DNA of 64,000 nt from Mustelus asterias (GCF_964213995.1 NC_135812.1:98704001-98768000), one strand, 5' to 3'. Shown: positions 23,436 to 35,879, counted from the stretch's first letter. The notes: generated from the letters alone by a model not told the origin. A program made the numbers and translations.

Positions 23436-23529
23436 GTTTACAATGCAGGCAGTTCCTGCGACAAAGCTGAGTGAGGTTCTTCAAGAAGCACTGAAATCTG
23501 CAGTTATCGGAATTGATGAAGGGCAGTTT
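23436..23529 (+). CDS. TK1: Thymidine kinase 1, exon 4 (DEGQF catalytic motif)
   Basis: ctcag|(K)FTMQAVPATKLSEVLQEALKSAVIGIDEGQF|gtaag, 94 nt. Confidence 0.97.
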
Positions 23530-23801
23530 GTAAGTGTGGCCCGTAATGCTTTATTTGAAATTTCAGAGTGCACTGTATCCAAAAAATCCAAGCTACCCAG
23601 AGTCTAATCCCTGGATAAAGTCCATTTTCAGTCAATTAAGAAGTTTGGAGTGGAAAAAGTTGCTGTTTTCAACCTTTAAGGAAATTGTATGACTTCTAAT
23701 GGTGCTGTCTCATTCTGGTACATGGATCAACGCTCCTCCAGTTGTGCTCCCTGAGCGTAAACTTGGTGGTGAATGCTAGGCTCCTCAAATCTGAGACACC
23801 C

Positions 23802-24070
23802 AGTAGCACAGTGGTTAGCAGTGCTGCTTCACAGCGCCAGGGACCTGGGTTCGATTCCCGGCTTAGGCCACTATCTGTGTGGAGTTTGCACATTCTCCCT
23901 GTGTCTGCGTGGGTTTCGTCCGGGTGCTCCGGTTTCTCCCACATTCTGAAAGATGTGCTGGTTAGGTGCATTGACCCGAACAGGTGCCGGACTGGTGACC
24001 AGGGGAATTTCACAGTAACTTCATTCCAATGTTAATGTAAACCTTATTTGTGACTAGTAAATAAACTTTA
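23802..24070 (+). mobile_element. HE1-like SINE, alternative tail type
   Basis: Same head and core but tail GACCCGAACAGG..TTCACAGTAACTTCATT..GTGACTAGTAAATAAACTT. Confidence 0.8.
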
Positions 24071-24754
24071 AACTACTGCAGAATCTGATCCTTCTCTTAT
24101 CTGATCTACTATCACACTATCCATCTGTGTTCTTTCCTGATTTCTTCCCCCACCCCTGCCACTAGCTCTTACTCCAAATCTCCAATTTGGGGACACTGAG
24201 GCTAATTGTTGCATTTTCATAGAATTGGAATGGTTACAGCATAGAAGGAGACCATTTGACCCATTGTGTCCATGCTCGCCCTCTGAAGGAGTAGTCGACC
24301 TAGTGCTACTCCCGTGTCTTATCCCTTTTTTACTTTAAGATAATGATCCAATTCCCTTTTGAGTGCCATGATTGAATTGCCTCCTCCACACTCTTGAGAC
24401 AGAGCAATGAGGAGGCAATGGCCTAGTGGTATTATCACTAGACTATTAATCCAGGAACTCAGCTAATGTTCTGGGGACCTGGGTTTGAGTCCCACCACAG
24501 CAGATAGTGGAATTTAAATTCAATTTTTTTTAAAACTGGAATTAAGAATCTACTGATGACCATGAAACCATTGTCAATTGTCAGTAAAACCCATCTGGTT
24601 CACTAAGGAAATCTGCCGTCCTTACCTGGTCTGGCTTACATGTGACTCCAGAGTCACAACAATGTGGTTGACTCTCAACTGCCATCTGGCCAAAGGCAAC
24701 TAGGGATGTGCAATAAATGCTAGCCAGCAACGCCCATGTCCCATAAATGAATAC

Positions 24755-26933
24755 AATTGCAGCAAAACATCCCTATTTCTATACTCTCGCTATAAAGGTC
24801 AACATACTTTACTGCCTGCTGTACCTGCGTGCTTACTTTCAGCGACTGATGCACAAGGACTCCCAAGTTCTCATTGAGTATCCACTTCTCTCAATTTACA
24901 CCCATTCAAATGATAATTTGTCTTCCTATTATTGCTACCAAAGTGGATAACCTCACATTTATCCACATTATACTGCACATTCAACCTGTCCAAATCAAGC
25001 TGAAGCATCTCTGCATCCTCCTCACAGCTCACCCTCCCACCCTATTTTGTATCGTCTGCAAATTTAGAGATAATACATTCAGTTCCCTCTTCCAAGTCGT
25101 TAATATATAATGTGAACAGTTGGGGTCCTAGCACAGATCCCTGCAAAACCCGACTAGTCACTGACTGCCAATCAGAAAAAGACCCATTTATGCCAACTCT
25201 TTGCTTCTTATCTGCTAACCAGCTTTCTACCAATCTCAAGACATTGCTTGCAATCCCATGTGCTTTAACTTTACATAGCAGTCTGTTATGTGAGACCTTG
25301 TCAAAAGCCTTCTGAAAGTCTAAATAAACCACATCCACTGGTTCTCCTATCTCACTTTTTGAATAGCGGGCTTACATTAGCTACCCTCCAATCTGTAGGA
25401 ACTATTCCAGAGTCCATAGAATTTTGGAAAATAACCACCAATGGATCTGCTATTTTCAGGGCCACTTAAGTACCCTGGGATGAAGATTATCAGGACCTGG
25501 AGATTTATCCACCTTCAAGCTCATCAATTTCCCCAAAACCATTTCTCTACTAATGCTGATTTCCTTCAGCTCCTCACTAAACATGCTTCTCTCAGCATTT
25601 CTGGCACATTATTCATGTCTTCCTTTGTGAAGACTGAAGCAAAGTACAAATTTAATTCCTCAGCCATTTCTTTATTCCCTGTTATGAATTCTCCCGTTTC
25701 TGACTGAGGGGTGTTTTTGTCAATCTTTTTCTCTTTACATGTCTGTAGAAACCTTTACAGTCAGTTTTTATGTTCCCGCTAGCTTTCTTTCATACTCTAT
25801 TTTTCCCTTCTTATCAATTGCTTGGTTCTCCTTTGCTGAATGTTAAACTGCTCCCAATCCTCAGACCTATTGCTTTTCTTTGCCAATTTGTACGCTTCTT
25901 CCTTGAATCTGATACTATCACTAATTTCCCTTGTAAGCCATGGTTTGGCCACAATTCCCTTACGGCTCTTCACCAAACAGGAATAAACAACTTCTGGAGT
26001 TTACCTATTCATTCTTTAAATGCCTGTATTCCCACTCCATCATGGCCAATTCATGCCATCATAGTTACTTTTATTGAGATTCAGGATCCTGGTTTCAGAG
26101 TCAACTGCATCACTATCCACCTTGACAAAGGATTCTACCATATTATGGTCACTCGTCCCCAAGGGTTCTCTCACAACTGGATTGCCAACTAATCCTTTCT
26201 CATTGCACAACACCCAGTCCAAGATGGCCTGCTCCTTGTTGGTTCCTCAAAACCATCCTGTATGCACTCCAGAAATTCCTCTCTTGTACTGTGACTAATT
26301 TGACTCCCAATCTATATGCAGATTAATCACAGATGTTCCTTTGACACATGCATCTCTGATTTCCTGTCTAATGCTTTTCTCAACATTACCACTACAGTTT
26401 GGTGGTCTGTATACCACCCCCACCGATGTTTTTTGCCCCTTGTTGTTTCTTAACTCTAAACAGATTCCACATCATCTGTGCGAATATCTTTCCTCAATGA
26501 TGTATCAATATCATTTTTAATCAGCAATGCAACTCCACCAGCTTTTCCTTTCCATCGGTCCTTCCTAAACAGTGAATAGCCCTCAATGTTTAGTTCCCGC
26601 CCTTGCTCACCTTGGAGCCATGTCTCCATAATGCCAACGATATATCCCTTTACATCTGTCTGTGCAACTAATTTATCCATTTTGTTTCGAATGCTCCGAG
26701 CATTCAGGTACAAAACCTTAAGGTGCGCGCTTATAACATTTCTTTTCCCTTTCCTACTATTTTTCACTCGGTCCTTATCTGACTCTGGCCCTTGATTTCT
26801 CTGCCTGTCACTTTCCTTATTCTTCTTACTGTCTTTTCCTCTTGTTCTTGATTCCCCCTGCTCTGCATCCTTGCAACAGTTCCCAACCCCCTGCAATATT
26901 AGTTTAAACCCTCCCCAATCACTAGCACGCACC

Positions 26934-26965
<32 letters not shown>

Positions 26966-27185
26966 ACTTCCCCAAGGACATCAGTTCCGATCCTGCCCAG
27001 GTGTAACCCGTCCAGTTTGTACAGGTCCCATCTCTCCCAGAACCGGTCCCAATGTCCTAGGAATCTGAAACCCTCCCCCTCATACCATCTTTCCAGCCAC
27101 ATATTCATCCTATGTATCCTGCTGTTACTACTCTGACTAGCACTTGGCACAGGCAGTAATTCTGAGATCACTACCTTTTGAGGTC
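24755..27185 (-). mobile_element. Degenerate CR1 LINE with ORF1 esterase, APE endonuclease and RT remnants
   Basis: ORF1 SGNH-like FRFLGHWDRFW..LYKLDGLHL (26899-27171); APE LKVLYLNARSIRNK..IVGIMETWL (26456-26750); [41 protein letters not shown] (25042-25338); many deletions and stops. Confidence 0.92.
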
Positions 27186-28087
27186 TTCAGACTTGATGGG
27201 CTGAATGGCCTCCTTCTGCACTGTAGGGATTCTATGATTCTAAAGTCCAAGATCCTATATGCTTTATTAACCTGTCCTGCCACCTTCAGTGATTTGTGTA
27301 CACACACTTACAGATCACTCTGCTCCTGCATCCCCATTAGAATTGGGCCTTTTATTGTCTCTTCAAGTTCTTCCTAACAAAATGAATCACTTCGCACTTT
27401 GCTGCTTTCAATATCACCTGCCACTTGTCTTCCTGTTCCCCCCGCTTGTACATATCCTTTTGAAGTTCCACACTATCCTCCTCTCAATTCACAAAACTTG
27501 CATGTTTTGTGTCATCTGCAATTTTTCCCTGTACACAAATCTAGGTCGTTAGAATATATCAGGTGGAACAGGAGTTTCAACACTGACCCCAGGGAACTCC
27601 ACTATAAACCTTCCTCCAGGCTAAAAAAAACAACCATTCGTCACTTCTCTCTGTGTCCTGTCACTCGGCCGATTTTGTATCCATGTTGCTATTTTCCTTT
27701 TTATTCCTTGCTGACAAATCTGTTGTGTGGCCCTTTATCAAATGCCTTTCGGAAATCCATGTGTTCCATAACTCAGACCAAGAAACCCATTACAGAAGAA
27801 GGATCAAATTCAGAACCTGCCTATTCTTACTGGTTCCGTATCACAGCAGGCAGTGCGCTGAACCACTGGGCTGTTAGTGATATCCATTCAACACCAAGGT
27901 TCCCATGAACTTTGAGGCTGGAAATGGGTTTGATCGCTCCTCTGCAAAGTACCTAGAGATGGTTTGCTATGTTAACAGCGCTGATGTCAAGGCAGGATGT
28001 TGTTGATTGGCTTGCCTAACTCTTTCTGAATCTGAGGAAAGGTGCTGGTTACAAGCAATGATGTTGAAGTTCTTCGTGTATTTCTAG

Positions 28088-28177
28088 TTTCCAGACTGTG
28101 TTGAATTTGCTGAGGAAATGGCTAACCAAGGAAAAACTGTGATTGTGGCGGCCCTGGATGGAACTTTCCAAAGGAAA
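28088..28177 (+). CDS. TK1: Thymidine kinase 1, exon 5
   Basis: ttctag|[30 protein letters not shown]|gtaag, 90 nt. Confidence 0.97.
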
Positions 28178-29122
28178 GTAAGTAGAACTCATGAGGAGAT
28201 TGTGCAGTAGTGGAGCCAAATGAGTACATCTTGTTCAATTTACATGCTGCCTGTCCAATATCATAATCATATCTTTTACAACTCAATTTCATTCACTTAA
28301 TTTTGGCTTGGGAGATGCTCTTTATAAAATATACTCCAAAACTATTTAAGAATTTCCACTGAATTCCTGACTTTGCTCATACTTTTAAGCAGAGGTCAAG
28401 CCCTTTCCCACGGGAAGTGTTTCAAGGATGTGGGGGAGAGATTTAGTGGTTTTATCACTCGAGGGACCGTAAACAGATGAGCGGCAGTGTTGAAGTGGGA
28501 GGGAAGGGCAGTAACAAGCATCTTATTTCAAACAAATTGGTGAAATGGTACTGCCCTGAAGGAGACCATTCGGCCCATTGTACCTGTGCCAGCTCTTGGA
28601 ATGACCTTCCATTTCCCTGCTCTTTTCCGGTTTGTTCCTTTTTGAATATAGATTCAATTAACTTTTGAAAGTTCATATTTCACCATCTTCGCAGGCAATC
28701 ATCATAACTTGCATCATAAAAGCAATCTCCGGTATTTTGCCAATACCTTTAAATCTGTGTCCTCTGCTGATTACCTACTCTCCTGCCTACTCTATCCAAA
28801 TAGTTCCCAGTTAAAACTCTTTTCACCAAGGAGAACAATTCCACCTGGACATGGTTCTCCCCACAATCGATTTTGATCATCCCTGGTATGATTCTGGTAA
28901 ATGTGTCCCACTGCCTGTCCAGGCGCACTGGAAAACTGACTCCCGGATTCTATCATTCCTGACTGCAGTGAGAGGAAGGAGGCAGAATGCTTGCTGTGTG
29001 GCAGGAAAGTTTGTCCTCAGCCTGGCCAGTCTGATGTGGTGCAACAGCAATTCGTCATGGAGTCAAAATGTATTCATTGCTTTTGGAATCTGATTCTGAG
29101 CAACTCTTGTTTGTCTCTCTAG

Positions 29123-29242
29123 GCTTTTGGCAACATTCTGAATCTGGTTCCCCTGGCCGAGAGCGTGGTGAAACTGAGTGCTGTGTGCACAGAGTGCTAC
29201 GGGGAGGCTGCGTATACCAAGAGACTGGGAGCTGAGAAAGAG
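29123..29242 (+). CDS. TK1: Thymidine kinase 1, exon 6 (first Zn CxxC)
   Basis: ctctag|[40 protein letters not shown]|gtttg, 120 nt. Confidence 0.97.
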
Positions 29243-29582
29243 GTTTGTTTTTTTTTGTCCTTCCTTTTTTTTTAGTTTCTTTGTTTTCTTCCCCTCCTGA
29301 AGAAACCATTCCCCAGATTCTGGGCACCATCCAGAATCTTGCCAATTGTCCACTCAATGTATGTGACCCTAGGTGGAGGGAGAAGGTGCCATCATTAAGT
29401 ATGATCGAGGCACTATCAAAAGTCACATGCACATCAGTGGAGTTTTCTCTATCTCAGCTTGGGGCTCAGGCCAATTGTGATCCCTAAGCTGGTACCTCAG
29501 CTGAGACCTTGACACAGGCGTGGGACCTACCTGACCTTTTATGGCTCAACTTCAGATAGACTTACTGAGCCATTACAGGACA

Positions 29583-29785
29583 TGATGTGGAGATGCTGGC
29601 GTTGGACTGGGGTAGGCACAGTAAGTAGTCTCACAACACCAGGTTAAAGTCCAACAGGTTTATTTGGTAGCACAAACTTCCGGAGTGCTGCCCCTTCATC
29701 AGGTGACTCACCTGATGAAGGGGCAACGCTCCGAAAGCTCGTGCTACCAAATAAACCTGTTGGACTTTAACCTGGTGTTGTGAGA
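29583..29785. mobile_element. Palindromic Penelope-like terminus (family A) with 10-11-bp TSD
   Basis: 78-bp arms 29629-29706 and 29708-29785; ATTACAGGACA at 29572-29582 and 29785-29795. Confidence 0.8.
29709..29743 (+). ncRNA. Minimal type I hammerhead ribozyme motif
   Basis: CAC-CUGAUGA-A-GGGGC-AAC-GCUCC-GAAA-GC-UC-GUG: stem I CAC/GUG, intact core, 5-bp stem II, palindromic AGCU stem III, cleavage triplet CUC. Confidence 0.6.
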
Positions 29786-30593
29786 TTACAGGACAATAAG
29801 AGATTTACTTGACAATTCATTCAGTCATGTGAGAGTTCAATGAATTGTAAATGTGACTGACCCATTGCAAATAATGGACAGAGTGAGCGACTAGTCAAGC
29901 CACAAATACCCTGCCCTGCATTAGTCTAAATGCAGGCAGGTCTGACTATGCAAGTGAAAGCTATTGGGATAGAATGGTGCTCAGCTAATTCTGGGTGAAG
30001 AGTTGGCTTCTTTAAATCATTGTGCCAACAACTTATATAGTGTCTTTAATAACAAAAATATTTTGAGGTGTTTTTACAGAGGAAAAATAACTGGACGTAG
30101 AAGCTAAGACTGCGATCAAAATTAGAGGGACTGAGTTGGTGGTTGGTGAGTGGGCGGGTGTAATTGGAGTGTTGGAAAAAGTTTCCAAAAATAGGAGGAA
30201 GGGAGGCCAACAATGGGATTTTGTCCCGTTGACACACACGTCAGAGAAATCATTGGTCCCGTTAGCTTCCTAAGGACTGAGTGTGAAGCATTGTTTCTGG
30301 GTCCTGGGAGCAGGAGACCTTGACAGAATCTGGTGTGGATCTTTTCAGCAACAGATAAAGAAAGGGAATATTCGCTGTCAGTGTTCTGTGGTCAAACTGC
30401 TCTCAATGGGAACGAGGATGAAGATGAAAAGGATGAATTGTGTTTGTTCAGCACCTTTCACAACCTCCAGCTGACTAGGAGCATTTTATAGTCAAAGAAG
30501 TACTTTTGCAATGAGGTCTCTGTTGTAATTTAGGAAATGAGGCAGCCAGTTTGTGCACAGCCAGCTCCCACAAACAGCAATGGGACAATGACC

Positions 30594-30903
30594 ATAGAAT
30601 CCTTCAGTGCAGAAGGAGGCCATTCGGCCCATCAAGTTTGCACCAACCACAATCTCATCTAGCCCCTATCCCCGTAACCCCATGCATTTACCCTAGCTAA
30701 TCCCCCGACACTAAGGGGCAATTTAGCATGGCCAATCCACCTACCCCGCATATCTTTGGAGTGTGGGAGGAAACTGGAGCGCCTGGGAGAAACCCACACA
30801 GACACGGGAAGAATGTGCAAACTCCACACAGACGGTGACCCTAGCCGGGAATTGAACCCGGGTCCCTGGCGCTGCGAGGCAGCAGTGCTAACCACAGTGC
30901 CAC
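30594..30903 (-). mobile_element. HE1-like SINE nested in a DeuSINE relic
   Basis: Full head, core and tail. Confidence 0.85.
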
Positions 30904-32042
30904 ATGTCATCCTCTCTTTTTTACTGATGTTGGTTGAGGGATAAATATCGGCCACGAAAGCAGAGAGAACCTCCTGCTTTTCTTTGAAATAGCGCCTGGG
31001 ATCTTTTCCATCCACCTAAGAGAGCTGTTACAGACAGAGAGAAACTCAACTTCTTTACCCTGTCCCCGTCTGCCCGTAAACAGGGGTGGTTTGGGACTAT
31101 ATCTAAAGTGGGCTGTGGCGTGCTTTCCCCTAACCCTCGGTCAGTGTGGTCTAATTTAATAATAACTTGTATTATGATCAACTGGTTAGTTCACTCACAT
31201 TCAAACCCAGTGAGGAGCAGTGTTTGCAACCACGCACATGCACACAAACATATATATGTTCAGTAAGGGGGCAGTAGAAAAGAGGAAGATTTGCAACTAT
31301 GGGCAACACAAATAAATAAATATTAGTTCATGTGATTTCCAGAGTCTGAGAAGTCAGAATCCAGAGGGCATTCCTTTGTGGCAGAGTTTAGTCCAGATGG
31401 GTTTCTGGTTGGAGACAACAACACGAGTGCTTGATATGACTGACGATGCAGCACAGTGGAGTTTGCATTTAGATCGCTCAGCCAGCGATAACCAGAGACT
31501 TTTAAAATCCAGGAGTTGAGAGGTGGTGGCCGGCTGCTTGGTCAGCTAGGAGCTGCTGGAGTTCTTCCTGTGTGATGTTAAATCAGTGGGTCATGGTGGG
31601 CCTGGGTAAGATGCTCTTTCAGAGAGTGTGCAGACTTGACTTGCCATGGGCAGCCTCCTACGCTGTTGGCATTCAATGGCTCAATAATTTCTGCTCCAAG
31701 ATTCTTTTATTTCATCAGAATCCTTTCTTCCCTTGAAGAGATAGCAAGGGGCAACAAACATTGGTGGGAGTTATTTATAGGCCACCAAGTTGGAGTGGCG
31801 ATGTTGGGCGTGGTATAAATCAGGAAGTTAGAGCTTCATGTAAGGAGAGTAATACAGTAATAATGGAGTGCTTCAGTTTACATATAGACTGGGTAAACAC
31901 TAAAGCTGTGGAGGATGAATTCCTAGACTGTGTACAAGATGGTTTTCCGGAGAAGTACTTTGAGGAACCGATTGGGGATCGGGCTATTTTAGATTTAGTA
32001 TTAAGAAATGAGAAAGTGCTAATTGATAACCTTGCTATAAAG

Positions 32043-33473
32043 CAGGTGTCTCCAAACTTTTCAGTACGAGGGCCACATCGTATATTTTACACATTTTCGG
32101 GGGCCAAAGAAAAAAATTAGTTTTATAAATGAACTGGCGATGATTAAGCCTGTGAGATCAAATGAAATTCACTGTTGAAACAACAGGTTTCAGAACACAA
32201 GACATATCCACGTATTTTCCGCACAATGCTTGTTGATGGATAATGCAATGCAGAAACATGGGCTTTGAGAATCCACCAACCTCACAAGCTTTTGTGATTT
32301 GTCCAACCAAACCTTTCTTCACCCCAGACATGTTCTTTCCTCCATCAATTGTCACGCATTGCAGTTTATTCCACTCCAGGTTATATTTTTGCAATTCTTT
32401 GAAGATGTCTTCTCCAATTACTGTGCTGTGCATGCTACGCACTGATGCTAATTCTTGTGTCACGTTAAATTCACTGTCGACGCCACGGATGAATACTAGG
32501 AGTTGTGATGTGCCACACACATCAGTCGATTCATCAAGTGCGAGAGAATACAACTGAAAATTTCTTGCTTTGTCTGCAATTTGATTAAATATATTGCTTC
32601 CTATATCCTCAATTCTACGAGCAACAGTATTTGGCGCAAGACTGATGATTTTGAACAGATTAGCTTTTTCTGGCCATAACTCTTCCACTGCTTCCATTAT
32701 ACACTCTTTGATGAGATCTCCATCGGTGAATGGCTTTCCTCTTTTAGCCAACACATAAGCTAGTTTGTAACTGGCCCTGGTTAAAGCTTCATTTTCAGTT
32801 ATCTTCTGTGTAAAAAAAGCTTGTTGGGAAAGCAACCTGCGTTGCATTGATTCAAATTTTTCCGAACGCTGTGTTCCTGTGAATTGGGAATAACTTGGTT
32901 CATATTTGGTCTCATAGTGCCGACGTACATTGTACTCCTTCAAACCTGCAACAGTTTCGTTGCATATGACACACTAGGCTTTATCACCTGCTTGTACAAA
33001 GAAGTACTTTATACCCCATTCTTCATTAAACAGGCGGCACTCACTGTCCACTTTTCTTTTTTCCTTCCATAACTGAATTGGTCTGAATTGCCGCCATCAT
33101 TGTCATTGTTCTCGCTCAGTTCAGACAGATGGAGCTTACGAAAGCAGCTTTCATTTAGTCAATGCAGGGCAGCAATTGGATAACAGATGTCTCAATTGCT
33201 GATTCGTTTAATGAACTGTCAGTCACAGGACGGCAGCTCTGATTGGACAATAGGCCGGTAAAGAGGGCGGGGGTTCCCATGGGTCCATCGGACACCGCGC
33301 GGAGCAGCAGCAAATGTCCGGCCTGTGGCTTCCGTCCCCGCGTCCGGATCCTGAGTCAGCGGCGGGGTGCCGGACGCGGGAGTGTCTTCAGCAGCGGGAA
33401 TCCCGTCCCGTCCCGCCCCACTGGCTGCGGGCCAGATGTTAGCCCACTGCGGGCCGTAGTTTGGAGATCCCTG
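32043..33473 (-). mobile_element. hAT DNA transposon (Charlie/SPIN-like), internally deleted, inserted in a CR1 endonuclease relic
   Basis: TIRs CAGGTGTCTCCAAACT / CAGGGATCTCCAAACT (14/16); perfect 8-bp TSD CTATAAAG at 32035-32042 and 33474-33481. Confidence 0.95.
32130..33070 (-). pseudogene. Truncated hAT transposase (SPIN/GTF2IRD2-like)
   Basis: KRKVDSECRLFNEEW..C..C..KEYNVRRHYETK (BED-like finger), YSLALDESTD, TIDGGKNM, HCIIHQQALC; N-terminal frameshift and stop, TGA in NFI*SHRLNHRQF, C-terminal half absent. Confidence 0.9.
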
Positions 33474-34067
33474 CTATAAAGGATCCATTAGGAAATAGTG
33501 ACTGTAATATGCTAGTTTTACATTAAATTTGAAAGTGAATCTGAACATAGGAAATGATGACGATATGAGGGGCAAGTTGGCTATGATGGATTTGGAAAAT
33601 ATATTGATGATCTCATTGAAATTTACATTCACTCTCGCACCACCCACACACTGGCTGCAGTGCACCCGCTACAAGATGCACTGCAGAAACTCAGCAAGGC
33701 TCCTCAGGCAGCACCTTTCAAACCTGTAACTGCTACCATCTAGAAGGATAAGGGCAGCAGACACATGGGAATACCAGTATCTGGAAGTTGTCCTCCAAGC
33801 CACTCACCATCCTGGTTAGGAAATATATCGCTGTTCCAAAAACCTGGAACTCCCTTCCCAACAGCACTGTGGGGTGTACCTACACCACATGGACTGCAGT
33901 GGATGGCGAAGGCAGCTCATCATCACCTTCTCGAGGGCAATTGGGGATGGGAAAAAAGTGCTAATCTAGCCAGTCACACTTGTGCCATCTTAAAGGAAAA
34001 TAAGCAAAATTTCCAAAGTTCTCTCCCTTGTTTGATTTAGTTCAGTGACCCTGTTTTGTCCCAACAG

Positions 34068-34268
34068 GTCGAAGTGATTGGTGGAACAGACATGTACCAA
34101 GCGAACTGCAGGTCCTGTTACTTTGCGAACGAAAGCCGGATGGATATGAAGAGTGATAAGGAGAACAGTGGACAAGAAGGAACTCACCAACATATAGCTT
34201 CAAAACAACCAGTCTGGCCCCAACAAGGCAAATCACAAAGAAAACTCTTTGAAAGTCTGCAGGTCTAA
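34068..34268 (+). CDS. TK1: Thymidine kinase 1, exon 7 (lasso, second CxxC, KEN box, stop)
   Basis: caacag|VEVIGGTDMYQANCRSCYF..SDKENS..QRKLFESLQV*; the seven exons sum to 717 nt = 238 aa plus stop. Confidence 0.96.
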   Translation, partial: VEVIGGTDMYQANCRSCYFANESRMDMKSDKENSGQEGTHQHIASKQPVWPQQGKSQRKLFESLQV

Positions 34269-35658
34269 CTCCTAAAGTTAATCCTCCTCCCCCTTCCCCA
34301 GCATCCCCTCCCTCCACCCCTCAACTACCCACAAACTTTATCTCCTCCTCATCTAAGGTGTTGACCTATGTTGGGTGTGGCCCCTCTGCCATAGACAACT
34401 CTTCAGCACTTTTCCCCAAGCAATTATCCTCGTGCAATTCTGGGCAAGTCACTGATGTGTTGAGACATCACAATCGAGGCTAATTCTGTCCTCTTACCTT
34501 CTACATTTGCACTTTCAGTTGGGGACTGGATGGAGCCTGAGGATCAGCCACGATGTTACACGGATCGGTAAAAGCAGCATTGCATCTTCTTCCTCTAGCT
34601 TACAAATTACAGCGAGCTTATTTACACTAACTGCACTATTTCAAAATCCACACAAAGTCCTTTTGCATTTAACTAGAGCGGAGGTACTGGCTCTGTTCTC
34701 TTACACCCTGCTTGTTCTCCATGTGAGTCTGGGCTATGTTTTCCAGCTACCAAACTAAATTATCTTTTCACCTTGGATGTGCCTTCCGGCAATCACTAAA
34801 TGATGAACAGAATTCATGAGACTCCACCCGCCTCCCCCTCCCCGCTTCCACTGTCACCTCCCAAAGCTATGCTGCAGCAGTACAGCTAATGTTTAGTTTT
34901 TAATTATAGATATCTATACTTCATTTTTTTAATAGCTTTGTCTAATTAGTTGCTCAGTCTAGTTTATTAAAATGGCCACACAGGAAATGTACAGTACAGT
35001 TCAGTGGTCGCAATCATTAATAATTACTAACTCTGAAGTTGGAACAAAAATCTTCCAGTCCCCGGTGTGTTCTTTAGTTGGTGTTGCAATGCAGGTTAGT
35101 GTGACAAGATTCATTGTGTGATGCTGAAAATAATTAACTTGGTAGCTATCTAATGCTGGAGTGTGGGACTGCCATTAACTGCTGTGTAGAATACTGAAAG
35201 AAAAATAAACCTTGTTTTTTATTAACCACCGCCATATTTATTTGACTGAGAAATCATTACTGTAACTGTTTGAAATGAAAACATTTGGTATTATTGACAT
35301 AAATTTTGAGGACCGTGGCTCCAAAAGCCATATATTTTAAAATGTCACTTCACCGCCATGTATCTGCATTCGGAGCTAATGTATTGATGATAATAAAGGC
35401 AAAATACTGGAATGTGAAACAGAAAAGGCTGAGAAAATCTCAGCAGGTCTCCCCACAGATGCTGTCAGACCTGCTGAGTTTTTCCAGCATTTTCTGTTTT
35501 TGTACTGATGGTAATATTTTGCTGAAGATCTGAAAACTCAGTAACAGTGCTCAGAAAACACCAATCTAGTTTAGCACTGCCATTTAGATGAGCATAATTT
35601 AAATCTGAGAACTTGATCTGCAATTCTTTGTTTCATTGTTCCTACATTTGTAAAAAAA

Positions 35659-35664
35659 AATAAA
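35659..35664 (+). terminator. Candidate TK1 polyadenylation signal
   Basis: AATAAA followed by GT-rich ttgtctattgtgtgtt; alternative hexamers at 35204 and 35392. Confidence 0.45.
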
Positions 35665-35787
35665 GTGGATTGAATTTGTCTATTGTGTGTTCACTAGTCC
35701 TGCCTAATGCACATCTATTACTTTATATTGTAATGGAACCCATGTTTCAAAGCTTGTACTTTTTAAAAGATAGACCTTAGCCGTACA

Positions 35788-35876
35788 GGGAAACTGAAAA
35801 AAAGAAACTGACCCTTTGGGTTTCCAGGGAAACTGAAACTGCAATTAGAAACCAAAGCTTCTAGGGAAACCAAACC
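35788..35876 (+). promoter_or_regulatory. ISRE/IRF motif cluster
   Basis: GGGAAACTGAAACT at 35827-35840 plus GGGAAACTGAAA, GAAACTG, GAAACC and GGGAAACCAAACC within 90 bp. Confidence 0.35.
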
Positions 35877-35879
35877 TAA

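Noticed and set aside
26940-26965. Poly-C/G runs (also 42911-42927, 46031-46052) as functional G-quadruplexes
   Set aside because: Simple homopolymers, two of them inside repeats; lengths are error-prone and there is no supporting context
32158-32943. Domesticated GTF2IRD2/ZBED-like host gene
   Set aside because: TIRs and TSD are intact, the N-terminus has a frameshift and stop, and the C-terminal catalytic and dimerisation half is deleted
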